Shown here: one piece after another, positions 12,697 to 25,364 of the stretch
Layout: each line of letters begins with the position of its first letter
Numbering within the stretch: position 1 is the stretch's first letter
Assembly: GCF_006345805.1 (NCBI RefSeq)
Contig: NC_042998.1
Span: 200,074,001 to 200,138,000, forward strand
Length of the DNA stretch: 64,000 nucleotides
Direction of reading: 5' to 3'
From: Octopus sinensis
Taxonomy: Eukaryota
The notes under the pieces: generated by a model
What the model was told of the DNA's origin: nothing
Database searches by the model: none
What the model saw: only the letters and a program-made list of their open reading frames with translations
Made by a program: the position numbers and the translations under genes

Positions 12697-15544
12697 CAAA
12701 ACTACTAGACCTTGAAATATTCCTTATATTGCCTACCTTATTTATAAGTAAGCCGAATGTTTCATAATATTGTCACATCCTATATATTAGAATCCATTCG
12801 ATCGCACTTCAGTGTGTTTAGTAATGTTAAATTTATAGCCATGTATTCAGTACGTATCCCTGGGCCGAGCAGAACTCGATATTTTAAAGCGTTTTTCTCT
12901 CTTTCAGGCATCCATTAGTCAAGAATTATTCCTCATTTTCTGAGGATTTGGGACCCGAAGAAAAGATCGTAGACGCTGCTCATTCTCTTCTTACTAATCT
13001 ATAAAACAAAGATCTATGGACGTAGCTGATACATTTTATTTAAATCTTACATGTCCTATGGAAATGCATTTGTCTCACATGTCTCACGCTTGCACAATAT
13101 TATCCATCTCATAGGACACAATGCAGCATAAGATACTATTTCAATCTTCTTATCCACAATGTCACTGCTATGTCAAGAGATAGACAAACAATGCAATTTA
13201 GAAATTGAATTCTTCCGAGGAAAATCTCTGAGGATTATAGATTAAGAAGCGTAAGGAATTAAACAACGAAATGCATTTGCTTTGAATGATAATGTCTAAG
13301 TGGTTGATTTGATAATTTATAATTTGAATTGAAGACAAGAGTATCAATATTCATAACAAATTAAAATATAATATTGAAATGTTTTCTCGTGGGATATTAC
13401 TCGCTCTAATTCTTGGCAAAGTTTTTGATGCTGTGTTAGAAAATCAAATTTAAATTTTCCAGGGAGAATTTGCATGATGTCATACTTTAGTTTAGATCTC
13501 TTAATGCGTAAAGAAAACAACAGGAAAAAGTCTTATTTATGAGATTATAACTTCCGTCTACGCTTACATACTTACTTCCCAGCATTAAACTAAATTTCTT
13601 GTAATTATACACTCTTCTGGTTTTCAGTATCAGTAGGCTTTTGACCTTTTTCTCAACTTATGAAACAAAGATTAAGAACTCAGTTTTTTTGCGTATTGCA
13701 GGTAGCATGTTATCTAGAAAATTTATCCAAATTTGGTTTATGTACCGTAGTTCATTTTCATGTTACAGTTGTGTAAAATACGCAAGCAAATATATTTTTT
13801 CGCATATGTGAAATATTTTTTAAAAAAATCCTAAGGTAGCCATGATTACATCAAACTACGTCGACGATTCTAATAGAGAACGACATGTCCATAAGTTTGG
13901 ATTTCCAACAAAGATTAGTCTTCTCACTCAATATGAGAATAATTTCAGAGAATAATTCTTAATTTCTTTCAACAATCTTTCCGATTCTGCGCAATCGCTA
14001 GTAGGCGTCACAAGGACTTTTTTTGTTTTCTTTCGGCAACGAACGTGAAAATAACTTTCAGTTCTGTACATAAAACTTTATTTATTTATATCAACCAATT
14101 ATTTATTCATCGAAATACAAGCTCTTTGAACATTTGGGTTATCATGTCCACCATTAAATTTTACAAGTATTCAAATTATCCGGTCCCAAATTTCTCTATG
14201 TTATAACTTTGCCAAATGATGATGTTGGCCTCAGTAAATCATACCTTGCAACTGATGTTTAACAGACACAAATATATCCATAAATTTTCCTCAATATCAA
14301 TTTCCCTCCACAAAATGACGCTGACCTTGTGGGATTAATTAATACATTCTCAAATTATCCTTCCTTAAAATTGTGAACCACTTACACTTGCCACTAGGAT
14401 ATATTTTATTCAGTAAGAAATTCCAATTAAAATAATAACTCTTAGTATATATCATTCAATACATCACCATTTAAAACAATTATGGGAAATATAATTCTGA
14501 AATATAAGACGGGATATACGAAATTATTCGGGACCCATTCTCATATAAGTGATTCAAGACAATTTCAGCAGGAGTTGAAAGCAAATAATGGATTTAAATT
14601 TCGTAAAACATGTTACAGAAAAGCAACATTCTATATTAAAGAAAATAAATATAAAAAAGCGACAATTTTCAAAAATAAAAATATAACTCTTCACTAATGA
14701 ATAAAATTAAATTTTTAGAAACGATACATGATATTAAATCGACTCTTTATTCTCGACGTTAATTGATAACGACATCATTATATGTTATATCCCATCTCAC
14801 ACAGACAGCTACTTCAAATTTCTTTGAAATGAAATCGAATGAAAATATTAAAACAACATCCGTTTTAAAATGATCAAGTCAGTTTCGAGATGCTTAGTTT
14901 TCATTTTGAATTTATTCCTCATGGTCTTGTAGAGTCACTATTTCGGTAAGAAGCTTTGAATTACATTAAAGTGGAATACGTTAGCCGCTGTCCAAAAATC
15001 GATTTTGAGCGATACTCACGCTAATTATTAGTTAGATGGTGTACTACTTCAGAAACTGTACTGCTGTGATCATCCTCGAAATATTTAAGCAGAGTAAATA
15101 GAACTTGGGGATTTCAAATTTAAGCTGGAGACAGAGATGTTTTAGTTCATTAACATTTTTTCCTAGGTATACACATGACCATCATATATTTCAATGTTCA
15201 GAAGTTCATTAATTAGGGGCAACGTAGTCTACGGTTAAAAAATTAGAATTAACAGGGGTTACATATTTTGCATGAGTAATGTTTAGCTACAGCATGGTAA
15301 AAATTTAAAAATACATTAAATATATTACACATACAGGTTAATAGATGGGTGGAGTCGGTAGTTATCATTTTGTTGTACTTATTTTCTATTTAAAACGTCT
15401 TGAAAATAAAACACTTTTAGTGTAGGTATAAAAGTTATTTCTTAGATAATGGACTGCATACAATGAAACTTATTACTAATTCCACCGTATTCCAAATCAA
15501 TATGAAGAATCTCTACCGTAATATGTATAAGTTAAATCCGTTCT

Positions 15545-15664
15545 AAAATGTAAGTTATTCCTACAAAATGTAAGTTATTCCTACAAAACGTAAGTTATTC
15601 CTACAAAATGTAAGTTATTCCTACAAAACGTAAGTTATTCCTACAAAACGTAAGTTATTCCTAC
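15545..15664. repeat. 20-bp minisatellite, 6 copies
   Basis: Unit AAAA(T/C)GTAAGTTATTCCTAC; only the T/C position varies. Confidence 0.97.
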
Positions 15665-16424
15665 TACTTATAGATGGTATGGCTACATTAATTTTCCTTC
15701 CCAATATTAAGTTTGTTTTCTCTCTAAGGTTCTAAATCTATTTTTATAATTTTCACTTCGCACTTCGTTGGTCTTAATAACTGAAAATATTCTTACAGCA
15801 AAGTTTCTGCCGCGGACCAAATGGACCCATGTAACATAGAAACCTTTCAGTGTATACATATATCCAAAGTATGTACCGTAAGAAAGAGATGCCTGACTCT
15901 CTGAAATGAGATTTACCACATGAGGATTTATCTGACATTCTGATCGGTGGTTGGCTTTATTTCATTTACTGGGAAGGAATCAACAGTACTTGTCTACCGC
16001 GTACTTCATTATAATCATATCCAAAGTGAGTACATAAAATAAAAAAAAAACGGCTTCATGACTGGTCAGAAGATACTGTGATGCTACCAGCTGCTATTGC
16101 TCGCAGTAAATGTTGGTGTACCTACAATGGTTGTTTCACAAATTTTAAAGATAAATGCTTGTAACTAACTTTGAAAAATAGACTAAAATAAGCCTTTACT
16201 AAGAAAACAATTAAATAGAAGATGCATAGAAAATAAATGCAAATCGGAATATATTTCGAGATTAACAAAATTAGATTCAACAAAATGTTCTACTTAATCA
16301 ATGTTGAGGTATTTGACCTCTTATATTTAGTTATTTCTGTTTGATAAATATATACATTAAATCAGAAGGTATACGTCAATATACATACATATATAAATAT
16401 ATATGTGTGGGTGTGTGTCTGTAT

Positions 16425-16431
16425 ATGTATG

Positions 16432-16469
<38 letters not shown>

Positions 16470-16486
16470 TATACATATATATATAC

Positions 16487-16564
<78 letters not shown>

Positions 16565-16573
16565 ATATATGCA

Positions 16574-16605
<32 letters not shown>

Positions 16606-16620
16606 CATACATACGTACAT
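16425..16620. repeat. (TA)n microsatellite
   Basis: Direct reading; a similar tract lies at 16985-17220. Confidence 0.95.
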
Positions 16621-16982
16621 GGGCTGGTGTGTGTGCACATAGAGGATAATTCAGTGAAGTATTGATTACTACCAATTAGATGCCTGTTATTAAATTTCCG
16701 CCGTCGATACTTTTAATTAAAATTTGTTGTTTATTTAGATGTTTTCTAAAATTGCATCCGTTCGTCATTCATTTTACATTTCCCATTAGCGTTCTCAAAC
16801 TGGCCAATGCATGATGCAGAAATAATGGTAACCAGAAAACTCATATGTAGTTTTCATCAATCACCCAACCAATTTTGTTGCTGTGTTCACATAATAATCT
16901 ATTTAGATGTTACTAGTAATCATTTGTTGTTTGTAGAAAATTCTTTGTTCATATACACATGCACACATCTCATTCTCATATA

Positions 16983-17025
<43 letters not shown>

Positions 17026-17065
17026 GCGTATATATGTGAATATATATATGTATATATATATATAC

Positions 17066-17141
<76 letters not shown>

Positions 17142-17220
17142 GTATATATATATATATGTATATATATACATATATATATTTGTGCATATATATATATTTA
17201 TGTATGCATGTATATATATT

Positions 17221-18150
17221 TTCTTTTTATTTGGTTTTTAAAGTTGCAGCTCAGAGCTGCCGCCATGCTGATGCACCGCCGTTTTGCGCTACACTGTTAT
17301 AACTAGGAGCCTACTCTAATATGTGGCACTTGATGAAGAATAGTGTTTGATATAGCTATCCTCATTTGAACCTCTTGTCGTGACTGGGACTCTTGACAGG
17401 AAGAGGTCCAGCTTTGATTTAAAAACACCTACATCTACTTTGTGCAAGTTCCTCAGACACTTTGGGAGAATATTAAAAAGCTGTGTGCCCTTGAAACCCA
17501 GGCTGTTACAGAAGCTGGTCCTGAAGCGTGATGGCATTGCTGGGATCTTTGGCACCATACAGTGTCGTCCCGTTCTGGCATTGCTGTAACTTTCAATGCC
17601 AAAATTTGGTACGATTTCTTCCAGGATCTTCCAGATATATATTAATGCATACCTCTCCCGTCTTCTCTCCAGAGAGTAGAGTCTTAGCTGTTTCAGCCAT
17701 TCCCAATAGCTGAGCTGTTGCAAAGAGACAATCTTCTTTGTGAATCTTCTCTGTATTGCTTAAAGGTCCGCTGTTAATCTCACGCTAGTGGGTGACCATA
17801 GCTTTGAGCAGTAATCCAGGCGGCTGAGGAAGAATGTCCGCCAGAGGACCATCATGGTTTCCTTGTCTCTGGTTCTGAATGTTCTTAGGATCCACCCAGC
17901 CAGTCGTCTGCACTTTGTCGCCATCCTGGTAATATGCTCTTGGAAAGAGGTATCATCACTGATGTCGATACCCAGGTCCCTCACTGACTTAGGCTCTGGG
18001 ATTGAAATTCCCTGTGGACCGGTGTACCCTGTAGGTTTAATATTCAGGTTTGGATGCTGGTAACGCAGGGCCTGGAATTTTTCAGCATTAAACTGCATGT
18101 TATTGTCCTCAGCCCATCTGTAAATTGAGTCCAACTCCTGCTGCATGAGA
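17221..18150 (-). mobile_element. CR1-clade LINE 3' fragment, family 1 (RT C-terminal region to tail)
   Basis: QQELDSIYRWAEDNNMQFNAEKFQAL...VRDLGI...RRLAGWILRTFRTRD...SRLDYCSKLWSP; LSYWEWLKQLRLYSLERRRERYALIYIWKIL...QLFNILPK...FKSKLDLFL. Confidence 0.93.
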
Positions 18151-18551
18151 ATATACCGCCAACTTTGCCCAGACGACCTGCAAATTAGCTTCAAGGTTCA
18201 TCCAAGACTGGGACCACGAACCATACCTCCCCTGCCCAATTCAAGATCACAGCATACATGTACACTGCAACATAATTTCTTTTCCTCAACAGGCCCTGCT
18301 CTATTTAACATTGTCTCGAAAGAGATCAAAGAGAAAAAGGATCCCATCAACTTTAAACGGAGTCGGGATAGATCCTTCAAGGAATACCAGATAAGCCACC
18401 CATAATTGGATACAACTCACCTAACAAAAACTCACAACTTGAATGGACCATAAACAAAACTTGACTTAAACAGGATTCAGATAATTCTGTCAGGTGGTGC
18501 TATTAATTTAGACATGGCCTGGACCAATCTTTCGTCGAAACATATCTAAGT

Positions 18552-18552
<1 letters not shown>
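18145..18552 (+). mobile_element. CR1-clade LINE 3' end, family 2, copy 2
   Basis: Highly similar to 10707-11110 with the same tail; one late frameshift. Confidence 0.88.
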
Positions 18553-18585
<33 letters not shown>

Positions 18586-18647
18586 GGGGTGTATATATAT
18601 AAATATATATATATATGTATATATATATATATGTATATATATATATG

Positions 18648-18680
<33 letters not shown>

Positions 18681-18921
18681 GTGTGTATATATATGTGTGT
18701 GTGTATATATATATATGTATGTATATATAAATATATATAGACGTATATTTATAGATGTATTTCTATAGATATACATGAATATGTGTACATGTATGTCTAG
18801 ATGTATATATATATATATAGATGTACATGTAATATATACACATATATATACACATATATATATGCATACATATATACACCCATACATACACCTTCGCCCA
18901 CGCACCCACACGCATACATAT

Positions 18922-19240
18922 GTGCAGGTTTGACTCTGTGGTAACAAACTTGGTTCCAAAACACATGGTCCTGGGTTCAGTCCCACGGTGTGGTAACTTG
19001 GCCTGTGTCTTCTGCTAAAGCCTGAAACCAACCAAAGCCGTGTCAGTGGATTTTGTTGACAGAAACTGAAAGAAATCAATTGTATATATATGTATGTATA
19101 TATGTAAGTCTATGTGTATGTCTTTGTGTTTCTCCCTCATCACTGCTTCACAACTGGTGTTTGTTTATTTACATCCCCATAACTTACTGGTTTCACAAGA
19201 GGAAACTGATAGAATAAGTACTGGGCTTATCAAAATATAA
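18922..19240 (+). mobile_element. SINE family B, degraded
   Basis: GGGTTCAGTCCCAC...GTGTCTTCTGCTAAAGCC...GAAACTGAAAGAA...GATAGAATAAGTACT. Confidence 0.75.
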
Positions 19241-19714
19241 AAAAAGCACTACGCAGTGCCTCATATTTTTGTTTGCCAACTCAGTTGTATCTATAAATTT
19301 ATCTTTGTGTGTGTGTGTGTGTGTGTATACATACTTACATTCGTTTTTATATCTTGACTTGTTTTATTTTTCATGCAATTTACGCATGCTTGCACGCGTG
19401 GGGAACACAGTTCACGTCAAACAGCTGACTGAGTAATGTTCACTATTTAATCCATGGGATAAGGCCTGAACAAACACATCATCGATTTTTGCACTTGCGA
19501 GATGAATTTCAGAACAGAAATAGCGCAGTTCAATTTTCATTCGCCCAGAGTTTAAGTGACCCATTTTTGGTGGTTCTATGATTTGTTGGCTAGCAGGAGA
19601 TGTGGTGGAAGTTAAACACACAGATACACACGCAGACACACAACTTGAGTTTTATATATATATATGGATTTCGTAGACAAGGACTGAAACAAATCAATCG
19701 TATATATATGTAAG

Positions 19715-20255
19715 TGCATGTGTTTTGGTATTGGCAACATGAATGACAATAGTGAGAGACTACTTCAATTTTGTACATACCATAACCCGTGCATCACCAA
19801 CAGATTCTTTGCCGACAAGAAAGCCCACAAGGCATCTTGGAGACATCCAATATCTCACCACTGGCATCAGCTGGATCTCATTATTACACGAAGATCCTTT
19901 CTGAATTCTGTTCAACTGACCCGTAGTTACTCCAGTGCGGATTGTGATATACATCATTCACTAATAAGAAGCAGGGTGAGGATTCTGCCTAACAAAGTCC
20001 ATCATTCCAAGAAAATGGGCCGACCACGCATTAACACTGCCAGAACCTCGGACCCATCAGTGCGAAAATGATTTGCTGTTTCCATCAAGGTTGCCCTCAG
20101 TAGCTGCCCAACATCCTCTGCTGAAAGTAGGTGGAATTATATCAGGAAAGCTTTCGGCATGAGAGAAAGGCAAAACCCAGATTGGTTCAGTGCTGGGCTC
20201 TCAGAGCTGGAAACAGTTATCGAAGCAAAGCGTGCAGCTCTGATGCAATACAAAA
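19715..20255 (+). mobile_element. RTE-clade LINE fragment (AP-endonuclease C-terminus and linker)
   Basis: FGIGNMNDNSERLLQFC...ITNRFF..K..HKASWRHP.SHHWHQLDLIITRR..LNSV..TRSYSSADCDIHHSL is a typical RTE endonuclease motif set. Confidence 0.9.
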
Positions 20256-20257
20256 GA

Positions 20258-20512
20258 TCATTCTTAAATAATTTTCAGTTCCTTTTTGGATCATTCCAAG
20301 TGCTCCTACAATCACTGGTATTGTAACCACCTTGAGATGCCACATCTCGATTTCGATTAGCAAAATTTTACATTTTCTGAGCCTATCAAATTTTTTTGCC
20401 GAGATATAATATTCACAGGGTATCCTCATTTCAGTCAATAAACGGTCTTTCACAAAAAAATTTGGTTTATTTGCTTTGATAATCCAGTCTGTACTTACTG
20501 GAAAGTCTCAAA
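20258..20512 (-). mobile_element. RLE-type (R4/Dong-like) LINE fragment
   Basis: I*DFPVSTDWIIKANKPNFFVKDR...LLIEIEMWHLKVVTIPVIVGALGMIQKG carries the PD..D-region and P.IVGALG motifs of restriction-like endonucleases. Confidence 0.8.
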
Positions 20513-21335
20513 TCCGTGTGACAGAAGCCAAAATTTCGAACAGATGGAATTCCTTATTTATACCGAGTTCAGCAAAATAATGCTCTGGAATGAAAACATT
20601 TGACAGAAATGCTTGAGTCTGTATTAAGCAATGGCTATATTTACATCCCATAGGATTTTAGGCATTAATTTTCTAATAGGATCTAATCCCCCTAAGCCTG
20701 ATTAAAATCCCTGCTTACAAATGTAGACGCCAATAATGTAAAGATTAATTGGAGTACATTCAGGAAAATAAATAATTTCATACAACAAACTGTCAACAGA
20801 TATATCTTCATAATCAAACCTGATTTGATGTTAATGCAATGATAAAGAACGATTGATTATATACCTGAATTAGAAAATTTGGTTGATATAGTTCTAAGAA
20901 ACCTTCACATACTGAAATTTGTAATTACACTCATTAGTGTGGTAATTATACATATATTTATAATTAATTTTCGCCGTGTGAAGTGCGTCTCAGATAGCCA
21001 AGACACTAATTAGATACTTCAATTTTAACGTGTGTCTGAACGCCACTATTTATTTCTCTATAAAATTGCCTGCATAGACCCAAAATAGAATCTTATACAA
21101 AACAGACTTAGACCTCTATTGTCCGTCTCGGATGAATGAAAAAAAAACTATAGGAAGTGTATAAAGCGAATGGGTTAACAAAAAGAACGTCTTACAAATG
21201 AAATACACATTGTTACATCGTAAATACAATAATCAAAAACTTTGAGGTATAAACTAACAACCGTTACACACACACATACACACACACACATACCACACAC
21301 ACACGCACACACACACCACACACACACACATATAT

Positions 21336-21560
21336 GAGCTGGCAGAAACGTTAGCGCGCCGGGCGGAATGCTTAGCGGTATTTCGTCTGTCGTTACGTTC
21401 TGAGTTCAAATTCTGCCGAGGTCGACTTCGCCTTTCATCCTTTCGGGGTCGATAAATAATGTACCAGTTTCTCACTGGGGTCGATCTAATCGACTTAATC
21501 CCTTTGTCTGTTCTTATTTGCCCCCTCTATGTTTAGCCCCTTGTGGGCAGTAAAGAAATA
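21336..21560 (+). mobile_element. SINE family A
   Basis: GAGCTGGCAGAAACGTTAGC...GAGTTCAAATTC...CCTTTCATCCTTTCGGGGTCGATAAAT...CCCCTTGTGGGCAGTAAAGAAATA. The central block resembles the Deu/Nin SINE domain (from memory). Confidence 0.92.
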
Positions 21561-21825
21561 TATATATATATATATATAAGCAAAAGTATAGTCCATCTGG
21601 TGAGGGATAAAAATTATTCGATAAACACAATAATATTTTTTATGAGGTACTGATATTTTCATGTTGAGATCATCTCAGACATCATTTTTCAGTTGATGCC
21701 TTCACGCAATCCTCAGCCGGAGAATTTGCGTGAAGAGACCAGACGAGTTAAAAAATGCGGATTGAGATGCCTTCCCGTCATGGAAATATTAGTAACTCAT
21801 AAAAATAATTATTATATTTATTAAA

Positions 21826-21830
<5 letters not shown>

Positions 21831-21924
<94 letters not shown>

Positions 21925-22002
21925 ATCTATCTAACTATCTGTCTGACTGACTAACTGTCTCTCCTATCTGTTTGTTTGTCTGACTGTCTGTCTTTCTATC
22001 TG

Positions 22003-22080
<78 letters not shown>

Positions 22081-22218
22081 CCTATCTATCTATCTATCTA
22101 TCATCTATCTAACTATCTGTCTGACTAACTGTCTCTCCTATCTGTTTGTTTGTCTGACTGTCTGTCTTTCTATCTGTCTATCTACCTATCTATCTATCTA
22201 TCTCTATCTATCTATCTA

Positions 22219-22272
<54 letters not shown>

Positions 22273-22372
22273 ACTATCTATCATCTATCTAACTATCTGT
22301 CTGACTGACTAACTGTCTCTCCTATCTGTTTGTTTGTCTGACTGTCTGTCTTTCTATCTGTCTATCTATCTG

Positions 22373-22469
<97 letters not shown>

Positions 22470-22511
22470 CTATCTAACTATCTGTCTGACTGACTAACTG
22501 TCTCTCCTATC
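21831..22511. repeat. GATA-type satellite with ~180-bp higher-order repeat
   Basis: Marker TCATCTATCTAACTATCTGTCTG at 21923, 22101 and 22281, with a partial copy at ~22467. Confidence 0.9.
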
Positions 22512-23926
22512 TGATTGAAAGGAAAAGCAGCATCTTTGATCTAGGAAGGATTGTAACCCACAAGGGAAGAAATACCACAACAATTCTTTCATCACTGTTG
22601 GTCTTCCCCCCACCCACTAATTGAAACACAAGCGAAGCAATTGTGTGCCACGTCATAAATTACGTGCATCTACTCTGCTACTTATATGATATTACATATT
22701 ATAGCACTCGGAAGGATGAAACGTAAATTTTACCTCGTCAGGTTTTGAATCTAAGAAGTAAGTAGTCTGAGTGAATATATATTTATGTGTCAATGTTTTC
22801 AAGTATGTTTTGTCATTAAAATATGTTATTAGTTCGTATGTATTTTCATTTTCTTTTATATTCGGTCCATAGTCTCCGGCTTTGGGCAGCGTCTTTAACT
22901 ATGCTCTCGGGTCAAATAAAGCTATTTTGTTCCAAGAAAAATGTGTGACAGCTGTAAACTTTATTCAATAGAATTAATCTGCAATCCTATTTATCACACA
23001 GTGACATGTGAACTTTTCAGCAGAGTTCACAATATTCTATTTAAATTTCCATCCTGAATACAATTTCCTATTCCATATATTTTACATGCCGTGAAAAAAC
23101 ATCATATCAGGTACACCATCTTTCGCCGTTAAAATTTCTCAGATAGAATGTCAGAGATGAAAATGTGTTATTTTAAATAAATGATTTCATTAAGGTTAAT
23201 TAAAGAATATTATTTGCGCCCATACAGACAGAAACTGATAAAACGGAATACAGATAAAACTACATGTGAATACACAAACGCATATGTACGCATACATACA
23301 CTTTCTCATGCATAGTAACTAAACGTAACAATTATACAGGTGTAATCGTTCGTCATCTTTTTGATGTTGCATTACTGATGTCGTTATATCCTGTGTTAAA
23401 CTATTGACTTTTAACTATAATTCCTCTTGTTTTTGAAGCACACGAAATAAAACAAAACTTGGGAAACCATTAGTACACAATACAATTAACTCATACAACG
23501 TTTTTCAACTACAAAATTAATTATGGAAGCCTTACTAACAGTACAGTAAAACATTAATTGGAAGATAATGCACTCTACTAATAAGCAAAGGTGACTTTAT
23601 TTACTGAAAGTGAAGTGAAGATGGCATATATACATTGACATTAGCAAAGTCCAGTATCATTTTCAAATAGATGTGCTCCATTCAAAATAATTGATTCGAA
23701 ATGTCGATGAATTAGGGATACTGAATTCCTATCCGCTTAAAATAAAACGTAAATAAAACCAAACAAAAAGAAAATATGTAAGTAAATATACTATGGTAAA
23801 CTTTGTGTATTAACACAAATAGTCATACATGAAACAAAACCATACTGATAAGCTGCAATCTCTATGCATCATATACAAACTGCATAAGAATTTGACTTAC
23901 ATTGGGATTCTTTGAATTATATATAA

Positions 23927-24233
23927 CTAGCAGTATCGCTTATATAAACCGAGCGAAAATGCATTAAAAATGCGGTAAAATTACGGTAAATAGACGCGAG
24001 TTACTTCCCTTATATAACAGAAAAAAGAAAATGCATTAGAAATGGGAAAAAATTATGGTAATTTTTTTTTTAATCTTAGACTCATCGTAGACGCGCGCTA
24101 ATACCCAGAAGGGCTCGATATGAATCACGACAATAAGATACACGGTTTTGGTTAAACTGCACCGCAAAATGTGGGAGTAGTTAGGAATCTAATCGTAGGA
24201 GACAGACACACAACTTCACTTTATATATAAAGA
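23927..24233 (-). mobile_element. Non-autonomous Helitron-like element, copy 1
   Basis: Minus strand starts A|TC, ends CTAG|T; subterminal TCGCT...AGCGA stem; terminal 13 nt shared with 39649. Confidence 0.7.
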
Positions 24234-24889
24234 TTAATCAATGGACACTCTGACTTGAGGACGAGAACCATAGCTAAATTAGTCGTAGCAGAATCAACAT
24301 TAGGTCGGTCATTTCATAGGAATCATTGCCATACCCGAAATAAAATGTATTAACAGGCAGTGTTAGTCATTTATATAGTTCGCAAATACAAATTATACTT
24401 CAACGAATAGCGACAACAGCACATCTAACAGAAGCTGGCCCACGTCTAAGATGATAGGCATGAATTATTGTTATAATTCAAATTTGAGTAGAAGAGCTCA
24501 ACAATTTGATGGCGACAGTTATCCCTATACACAGGAACAGCCATATCAGTAGACGCTGTTTTCAAGTCAAAAGGTTCCAATATACTTGTTACGACTTCTT
24601 AATTTTAAATCATACGGGTGAATGTACATAAATTTAAATATGAATTTATCATGATTAATGAAATAAATTACACCACAGGCATACTTATCCCTTATACAGT
24701 CATACAAATGAAAATGTTCAGGCTAAGTGTAGAACCATGGCCACAGAAGAAAAGCTAGAAATGTGGATCACCGTGATCCATAATGAAAGTTTATACATTT
24801 CAGTTGGCTGTAGAGTTTAAAAAATGGGTCTCACATAAATACATACATAGATACGTATATGCATGCATGAATACATACATACATACATA

Positions 24890-25160
24890 CATACTCTATC
24901 CAAATTACAAGTTCAAGATTATACTTGTAATTATTGGTGCACTGGGCTATGTAAAACACTGCCCAAATACCAGTCTTGAGAAATTAGGCTTCTCAAAACT
25001 AGAAATGAGAAAACTTATTCAAAAACTGCTGATCCAAGCAATCAGTGGAACTGTAAAAATCTGTAAAACTTTCCAGAAGTTTATCATTCAAACACGTGTG
25101 AGCATGCAACTTTAGGCATTAGAATACATACATAAAACAAAACATTCAAATTTGCACATA
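24890..25160 (+). mobile_element. RLE-type (R2/NeSL/R4-like) LINE 3' end within (ACAT)n
   Basis: ILYPNYKFKIILVIIGALGYV...LEKLGFS...LIQKLLIQAISGTVKICKTF; (ACAT)n on both sides. Confidence 0.8.
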
Positions 25161-25364
25161 TACATACATACATACATACATACATACATACATACTTAGA
25201 TACATACAAAAATACTCTGTTGTTGAGTATTTTAGAGCCGTGCATCTAAATTAGTAACCGGCTCATGATTTGGTTATAGAAATCACATGTTCGTGCCGCA
25301 GATTAGCTCACTCCCTCCATTAAATCGGCGCCGCCTGAACAAATACATGGTGTACTGCGCGTCA

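Noticed and set aside
15799-15900. Minus-strand segment with TTTCAG acceptor and GTAAGA donor, open in two frames
   Set aside because: No recognisable homology, and it could not be joined coherently to other candidate exons.
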